Below, piece after piece: positions 58,319-64,000 of a stretch of 64,000 bases of DNA. The notes under the pieces were generated by a model. That model ran no database searches and was not told where the DNA came from. It worked only from the letters and a program-made list of their open reading frames with translations. This stretch comes from Bacillota bacterium (GTDB taxonomy: Bacteria > Bacillota > Limnochordia > DTU080), in assembly GCA_012838035.1 (NCBI GenBank), contig DUQB01000005.1:28510-92509 (forward strand). Direction: 5' to 3'. Both the position numbers and the translations under genes were made by a program. Each line of letters begins with the position of its first letter. Position 1 is the stretch's first letter.

Positions 58319-59020
58319 TTGACTTGGATTGCCGCCATCGGAGCGGTCTTGCTGCAGGGGCTGATGTTCCTTATCTCTTATGTGACGAACAATGTATTTC
58401 CCAACCCGCTCAAACCCGAAGAAGAAGCCATGTGTTTAGAAGCAATGGAGCAGGGAGATGAGAATGCCAGAGCTACGCTGATCGAACGCAACTTGCGCTT
58501 AGTTGCGCACATAGTGAAGAAATTTGACAATACCGGCGAGGATATCGACGACCTCATCTCCATTGGTACCATCGGCTTGATCAAGTCGATCAATACGTTT
58601 GATCGGCATAAACAGACTCGCCTGGCGACCTATGCCGCTCGTTGCATAGAGAATGAAATCTTGATGTATCTGCGATCCACTAAGAAGCAACGCAACGAAG
58701 TGATGTTGCACGAACCCATCGGATCGGACAAAGAAGGCAACGAAATAACCTTAATTGACGTATTAGCCAGCGATCATGATGTAGCCGAACGTGTGGAACA
58801 TAAGGTTGATCAGGAACAGATGTATGAACGCCTGCGACGCTTGACCAGAAGGGAAAAGCGTGTCTTAGAGTTGCGTTATGGGTTGGTGGACGGCGTACGC
58901 AAAACGCAACGGGAGGTGTCTCGCTATTTAGGTATCTCGCGTTCATACGTATCCCGGATTGAAAAACGCGCCATAAATAAGCTGCAGGAATCGCTGCTGC
59001 CCGACGGCACGCAAGGGTAG
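58319..59020 (+). CDS. sigK: RNA polymerase sporulation sigma factor sigma-K (pro-sigma-K), intact
   Basis: TTG start 6 nt after GAGGAGGTG. A pro-sequence (LTWIAAIGAVLLQGLMFLISYVTNNVFPNPL) is followed by region 2 (NLRLVAHIVKKFDNTGEDIDDLISIGTIGLIK) and region 4 (REVSRYLGISRSYVSRIEKRA), all closely matching B. subtilis SigK. The reading frame is continuous. Confidence 0.85.
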   Translation: MTWIAAIGAVLLQGLMFLISYVTNNVFPNPLKPEEEAMCLEAMEQGDENARATLIERNLRLVAHIVKKFDNTGEDIDDLISIGTIGLIKSINTFDRHKQTRLATYAARCIENEILMYLRSTKKQRNEVMLHEPIGSDKEGNEITLIDVLASDHDVAERVEHKVDQEQMYERLRRLTRREKRVLELRYGLVDGVRKTQREVSRYLGISRSYVSRIEKRAINKLQESLLPDGTQG

Positions 59021-59176
59021 GTTCCTTTATATACGGACGCATGCCTATGAAAGCCGACCGTAAAAACAGTCGGCTTTCTGTGCTATAATTAGCATTGTTT
59101 ATGTTGCGGAGCGGATATGAGGTTTAGCAGCCCGCTTTTCTTCGGGTGTCCGGCTGAATTTTTGGGAGGGAGCGCA

Positions 59177-59725
59177 TTGCTGAAGGTGTTCTGCCCGAAT
59201 GAAATGACGGGTTCTCTATTGGATATCGATCTGAATGCTCTTGCGGCACAAGGCATCAAAGCATTGATCATTGATTTAGACAACACCTTGATGGGCTGGG
59301 ATGCCGAGCAGATAACCTCCCAGATTAAAAAGTGGGTGCAGATGGTTAAAGCCAAGGGCTTTAGGATATGTATTGCCTCTAACGGTCTGAGCAATCGGGT
59401 AAAAAGAATTGCGGCAGAACTCGACGTTCCGGCCGTTCCCAAAGCGATCAAGCCGCGCAAGCGCCCCTTTAGGCTGGCGCTGCGTTTGTTAAATACTCGC
59501 TCCGATCAGACGGCGGTTATCGGGGATCAGGTGTTCACGGATATCCTGGGTGGGAATCGCATGAATTGCTATACTATACTTATCAACCCCATCAGCCGCA
59601 AGGAACTGCGTTCCACACGGTTTATGCGCCGGGTTGAACGCCGGATACTGCGTCGCTTACATAAAAAAGGTTTGGTACAAGACAAAAGCTATAGGCAAAG
59701 GCTGGGTATTTATAAACGTGATTAA
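59177..59725 (+). CDS. yqeG: YqeG-family HAD-superfamily (subfamily IIIA) phosphatase
   Basis: TTG start after GGGAGGGAG. LIIDLDNTL (DxD motif), ...IASNG..., VIGDQVFTDILGG. Conserved yqeG-yqeH pair. The ORF track extends the start to 59117. Confidence 0.8.
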   Translation: MLKVFCPNEMTGSLLDIDLNALAAQGIKALIIDLDNTLMGWDAEQITSQIKKWVQMVKAKGFRICIASNGLSNRVKRIAAELDVPAVPKAIKPRKRPFRLALRLLNTRSDQTAVIGDQVFTDILGGNRMNCYTILINPISRKELRSTRFMRRVERRILRRLHKKGLVQDKSYRQRLGIYKRD

Positions 59726-59819
59726 TCTGTACCTGCATAGTCCTTATCCATTGGGTTGTCCCATAGCTACGCGAGTCATGGGGATTCGGGCAGGTGTTCA
59801 CATGAGGAGGAACTGAGGA

Positions 59820-62033
59820 ATGCGGGAGCGCTTTTGTAATATCTGTGGCAATAAACTGCAAAGCGCGCATCCTGGTGCAATAGGATACGTCCCTAATCGG
59901 GTTCTGTTGGGAACCAGCAGCTCGGTCTGCCAAAGGTGTCATCGCGCCCGCATAGCCTCCGTGCCGGCCGGCAGGAATCAGGAAGTTGCATCCGGAGGTG
60001 TCAGGCGAGTGCTTGAAAAAGCCGACCTGTCTTTACTCGTGATAGATATTACCGATTTTGAGGGGACTTTCAGTAAACGTCTTCTGCGACATTGCGGCCG
60101 TAAGCTGATGCTTGTGGTTAATAAAATCGATCTTCTACCTGGGCGTATATCGCGCAGCAACATATTGGCGTGGGTGACTCGGCGTTTAGCAGATGCGCAT
60201 GTAGATACTCAGGGCGTGTTCCCGGTCAGTATGCAGAAAGGCAGCGGTGTTACGACGTTATGGGATGCGGTAATAAAAGAACTCAATGGACAAGGCGTGG
60301 TCACGGTCGTAGGCGTGGAAGGCGTGGGCAAAACCGCCTTAGTGAACAGTTGGTTGGAGTATAACAAGGCGCAAGCGGCTAAGAAGAAAAAAACGCGTCG
60401 CAAGAGTATGCGCGGCACGAGCGACGATAAGGCGGATACTACTGTTACCTTGGCGCAAGCAGACGGAAGTGTCGCAAAGGAACCGGAACGTTCGCCGTCT
60501 CAGGAACACGGCATTGAGCGAGAAGTCCTGCGTGAAGATCAACCGGGTATGGCAAAAGAAATCCCCTCAAAGAGCGAGTCGGAGCCTATCATCATTATTG
60601 AACAGCCTGCCCTGTTTGATCTTATACCCAGCCGGAAACCGGATGTTGTCGTTAGCGATGACGCAGTGCCGGAATCGATGCCGTTGTCGCCGACCGAGCA
60701 ACGGCAGGAGGACCGACCACAAACGACGGTGAAGCCTCAGGAGGGGAAAACAGCCCCTATGCCGATTGATGATATTGCTGACTCAGATGCTGCAGACAGC
60801 TCCGGTGTTAAGGCAGTCAGTCCGAGACCGAAAAAGCGCAGGCGCTCCTATGCTACGCGGCGGCGGGCGAAAAAACCTGCTGTTCATGCTCAAGCGCCCG
60901 ATAAAACCGCTGCCGACGCAGCTACCACTGAGGGGGAAACAGCGGCTTCGGCATCAACAGCAGGAGCGGAACCTGTTCCGGTTCCCACGCCTCCGTTCTC
61001 CAAGCCGGACGCGTTGTCACAGCAAGCGGAGAATGCAACGCCGGAGCCTAAACCCAAAGTTAAGTCTAAACGCTCCCGCCGCCGCAAAGCAAAGAAACCA
61101 GGTGAAAAAACAGGCGCCCAGCCACCGGGGATTGATCATATAAAGAGCGACGCTGCAAAGGCGGCGCCGCATCCGAATAAGACTAAAAAGGGGAAGACGC
61201 CCAAGCAGGCCGAACGGAGCGCGAAAACCTCCCGAGTCGGCACGGAACCCGTTGCCGAGGTTATCGCTACGCAAAGTGAGTCGGCGGAGGTCAAGGCCAA
61301 AAGCAGTCGGCGCAGGTCGCGAAGGCGCCGTACGGTCAAACCGGTTCCGACGAAATCCCCGGTGGTGTCTACAGCTGTTGCCAGTGAAGTAAAACAGCTG
61401 AAAGCGGAACATGAGCCCGCAACTTCAGCACAAACCGCCGTACAGGTCCAGACCAAGGCGGATGGAAAACCGGCTGCCGCAATAGGTAAAGCGCCGGCCA
61501 AGCCGGCCGTCGAGCCAAAGCCGGAGACGCTGGAGATTAAGGTTATCGACACTTTGAGCGTACCAGCCCGAGGGCGCATGCGCGATTCACTATGCGCGCA
61601 GTGTACTATGGATTTCAGCATACAAAAACCTTTACGGAGCAGAGTGATCCGTTTAAAGGCGGGACAAGGCGCGGTGTTCGCCGGCCTGGTCGCCATTGCG
61701 GTATTGGAGATAGCCGATGAGGATGATGCGGCTTCACTGTTGATCTATATGCCGCCCGCCATTACCGTGCAGCGAGTTCCCGGTACGGCCATAGACGAAT
61801 TCCTCCAAGGAGAAAACCGACCTTGGCGCATGGATGTATGCGCCGGCTGCATGGAACACCTGCTGCAAGGTGGTTGGGAAGAGACCGAGATGAGCGTAGA
61901 TGCGCTGCACGACCTGGCGCTGCACGGTATGGGCTGGCTGACGGTGCGCAAAAGTACGGTCACCATGCGCGTGTTGGTTCCAGTCGGGATGTTGGCCTCC
62001 ATGCGCCCTCGCTTGCTCGGCGTAAAAGCGTAA
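59820..62033 (+). CDS. yqeH: Ribosome-biogenesis GTPase YqeH homolog (circularly permuted GTPase) carrying a ~390-aa basic disordered insertion
   Basis: N-terminal Zn-ribbon CNICGNKL...CQRCHR, G4 LVVNKIDLL and G1 GVEGVGKTALVN. A low-complexity K/R/P/A/S/T/E-rich segment spans residues ~183-568 (nt ~60366-61523). The YqeH C-terminal domain follows (IYMPPAITVQRV, HGMGWLTVRK), with DTLS at the G3 (DxxG) position. Confidence 0.75.
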   Translation: MRERFCNICGNKLQSAHPGAIGYVPNRVLLGTSSSVCQRCHRARIASVPAGRNQEVASGGVRRVLEKADLSLLVIDITDFEGTFSKRLLRHCGRKLMLVVNKIDLLPGRISRSNILAWVTRRLADAHVDTQGVFPVSMQKGSGVTTLWDAVIKELNGQGVVTVVGVEGVGKTALVNSWLEYNKAQAAKKKKTRRKSMRGTSDDKADTTVTLAQADGSVAKEPERSPSQEHGIEREVLREDQPGMAKEIPSKSESEPIIIIEQPALFDLIPSRKPDVVVSDDAVPESMPLSPTEQRQEDRPQTTVKPQEGKTAPMPIDDIADSDAADSSGVKAVSPRPKKRRRSYATRRRAKKPAVHAQAPDKTAADAATTEGETAASASTAGAEPVPVPTPPFSKPDALSQQAENATPEPKPKVKSKRSRRRKAKKPGEKTGAQPPGIDHIKSDAAKAAPHPNKTKKGKTPKQAERSAKTSRVGTEPVAEVIATQSESAEVKAKSSRRRSRRRRTVKPVPTKSPVVSTAVASEVKQLKAEHEPATSAQTAVQVQTKADGKPAAAIGKAPAKPAVEPKPETLEIKVIDTLSVPARGRMRDSLCAQCTMDFSIQKPLRSRVIRLKAGQGAVFAGLVAIAVLEIADEDDAASLLIYMPPAITVQRVPGTAIDEFLQGENRPWRMDVCAGCMEHLLQGGWEETEMSVDALHDLALHGMGWLTVRKSTVTMRVLVPVGMLASMRPRLLGVKA

Positions 62034-62189
62034 TCGATACGTTTAAATGACACGAATCCGTCCCTGATGCGCCGCGATAGCAATCTATGGTTGAGCGCCG
62101 CCCCACGGATGATATACACTAGGGCAAATAGAGCGGTAACGATCGTCGGCTGCAAGCCGTTGTCGTTGCGAACCTCAGGAGGTTAGGTT

Positions 62190-63356
62190 ATGCTGAGATA
62201 TTTGACTGCGGGAGAATCGCACGGGCCGGCCCTAGTGTCTATTTTGGAAGGTATGCCGGCAGGATTGGCATTAAGCGCAGACGACATAAACGTGCAACTG
62301 GCCAGAAGGCAACTTGGTTATGGTCGCGGACGACGCATGGAGATAGAATCCGATCGAGTCATGTTCCGTTCGGGAGTGAGACACGGCGTAACACTAGGTA
62401 GTCCGATTGCGCTGGAGATCACCAATCTGGATTGGCGGCAGTGGGAAGTGCGCATGGATCCGACCCCTAACCCGGATTACAAGCCCAACCCGGTGACTAA
62501 ACCGCGACCGGGCCACGCCGATTTGCCCGGCGCGTTGAAATATGGCCACCGGGATGTACGTAATGTGCTGGAGCGGGCCAGTGCGCGGGAAACAGCCAGT
62601 CGCGTGTGCGTCGGGGCTGTAGCCCGTCGCTTATTGGCGGAGTTCGACATACACGTCTATAGCCATGTGCTAAGCATAGGCGGCGTGCACGCCCGGCGCG
62701 TCAATCTGCCGCCGGCGCAGTTACACGAGTTGGCCGAGAGCAACGACGTCCGCTGCACCGACACAGGCGTCGTGGATGCCATCCATCAGGCCATCGACGC
62801 CGCCAAGGCGAATGGAGACACATTGGGCGGCGTGTTTGAAGTGCTGGTGACGGGAGTGCCGCCGGGACTAGGGAGTCATGTACAGTGGGATCGCAAGCTG
62901 GACGGACGTCTGGCGCAGGCCTTGATGAGTATGCAGGCCATTAAAGGCGTAGAGATCGGGATGGGTTTCGCCGTGGCGGAGACGCCTGGTTCGCAGGTTC
63001 ATGATCCCATTGCCTACGATGCGGCGTCGGCTTTCGGTTTTATTCATACAAGCAACAACGCCGGCGGTATTGAGGGCGGCATGTCCAACGGCGAAACGAT
63101 CGTCATACGCGTAGCCAAAAAGCCGATCTCCACCTTGTATAAGCCCTTGGCCAGCGTGGATCTGGAGACCAAACAGTCTTTTGCCGCCAGCATAGAACGT
63201 TCCGACACCTGCGCTGTACCAGCGGCATCCGTGATTGGCGAAAACATCGTCGCTTTTACCATTGCCCAAGCCTTTTTGGAGAAGTACGGCGGCGATTCCA
63301 TTGCGGAAATCCGCCGCAACTACATAGGTTATCTGACTGAGATTAGAGAGAGATAG
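62190..63356 (+). CDS. aroC: Chorismate synthase
   Basis: MLRYLTAGESHGPALVSILEGMPAGL...GRGRRMEIE...RPGHAD. 388 aa. Confidence 0.9.
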   Translation: MLRYLTAGESHGPALVSILEGMPAGLALSADDINVQLARRQLGYGRGRRMEIESDRVMFRSGVRHGVTLGSPIALEITNLDWRQWEVRMDPTPNPDYKPNPVTKPRPGHADLPGALKYGHRDVRNVLERASARETASRVCVGAVARRLLAEFDIHVYSHVLSIGGVHARRVNLPPAQLHELAESNDVRCTDTGVVDAIHQAIDAAKANGDTLGGVFEVLVTGVPPGLGSHVQWDRKLDGRLAQALMSMQAIKGVEIGMGFAVAETPGSQVHDPIAYDAASAFGFIHTSNNAGGIEGGMSNGETIVIRVAKKPISTLYKPLASVDLETKQSFAASIERSDTCAVPAASVIGENIVAFTIAQAFLEKYGGDSIAEIRRNYIGYLTEIRER

Positions 63357-63357
63357 C

Positions 63358-64000
63358 ATGATGTCCGGACCACGTAACTTAGTACTGGTAGGGTTTATGG
63401 GCAGCGGCAAGACCACTGTGGGCAAAACTCTGAGTGAAACGCTTGCTCTTCCCTTTGCCGATAGCGATGCGATTATCGCACAGCGTGCCGGTATGAGCAT
63501 CCCGGAGATATTTGCTCTAAAAGGCGAAGCATTCTTTCGCTCTCTGGAAGCGGCAGTGGTGCAAGAACTGGCGCAGGGTTCCGGCTGGGTTATCGCTACC
63601 GGTGGCGGAGCCGTTGGTAACCCGGCATCGCTACAGGCGCTGTTGACGGGCAACTATGCGGTATGGCTACACGCTCCTTTGGCGTGTCTTGTAGAAAGAG
63701 CGACTGCGGAAGGCAAGCGACCTCTATTGGCGGGTGGGCAAGCTTTGCAACGGGCAGAAAGCTTGCTTATGCAACGGTCGCCTCTATATGCGCAGGCACA
63801 TCTGGTCGTGCGTGCCGATCAGGATGTAAAGCGGATTTGTCGAGTGATTGCATCAGCTTGGCAAAGGGCTAAAGAAACGGAGCGGAAAATGGAACGAGTG
63901 CGTGTCGGTTTAGGCCGACATAGTTACGATATCACGATCGGTTCCGGACTCTTGGAGCAACTACCGCAAATGCTCAATATGAAACCCGGGCGTACGCTTG
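63358..64000 (+). CDS. Shikimate kinase fused in frame to 3-dehydroquinate synthase (AroK-AroB); partial, continues beyond the window
   Basis: ATG 1 nt after the aroC stop. LVLVGFMGSGKTTVGK (Walker A) through ...WQRAKETERK, then directly MERVRVGLGRHSYDITIGSGLLEQLP (AroB N-terminus). No stop codon between them in this frame. Confidence 0.75.
   Translation, partial: MMSGPRNLVLVGFMGSGKTTVGKTLSETLALPFADSDAIIAQRAGMSIPEIFALKGEAFFRSLEAAVVQELAQGSGWVIATGGGAVGNPASLQALLTGNYAVWLHAPLACLVERATAEGKRPLLAGGQALQRAESLLMQRSPLYAQAHLVVRADQDVKRICRVIASAWQRAKETERKMERVRVGLGRHSYDITIGSGLLEQLPQMLNMKPGRTL

Noticed and set aside
62868-63653. 261-aa minus-strand ORF antisense to aroC and aroK
   Set aside because: It overlaps two unmistakable shikimate-pathway genes and has no domain features.

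Overview
This 64-kb window is a chromosomal segment from a moderately high-GC, endospore-forming Firmicute. The sporulation genes yqfC, yqfD and an intact pro-sigma-K gene establish the spore-former assignment. Nearly every gene is on the + strand. The content is mostly housekeeping and keeps Bacillus-like gene order: mtaB-hit-rpsU-yqfC-yqfD-phoH-yqfF-ybeY-dgkA-cdd-era-queA, then tgt-yajC-recJ-apt-relA-dtd, hisS-aspS-rarA-cysteine desulfurase-mnmA, alaS-ireB-ruvX-DUF1292-mltG, and sigK-yqeG-yqeH-aroC-aroKB. Several departures from that conserved backbone carry the interest.

- A terminator-bounded accessory cluster sits between queA and tgt. It holds an oxidoreductase, an AraC regulator, an orphan sugar-binding protein, a secreted leucine-rich-repeat protein and a tandem alpha/beta hydrolase.
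- A two-gene module, an FtsA/actin-like ATPase plus a large bitopic membrane protein, is wedged between ireB and ruvX.
- A well-formed T-box riboswitch with a Trp (UGG) specifier and a UGGC acceptor-binding bulge precedes an atypical LDH-family 2-hydroxyacid dehydrogenase and a TrpXYZ-type ABC transporter.
- An orphan phage-type holin-like gene lies between aspS and rarA.
- Two unusual fusions are present: DgkA-PAP2 and aroK-aroB.
- The YqeH GTPase carries an in-frame, highly basic disordered insertion of about 390 residues where switch I and G3 should be.

No rRNA, tRNA, CRISPR array or transposase was seen. Coordinates for promoters and terminators were worked out by hand and may be off by a base or two.
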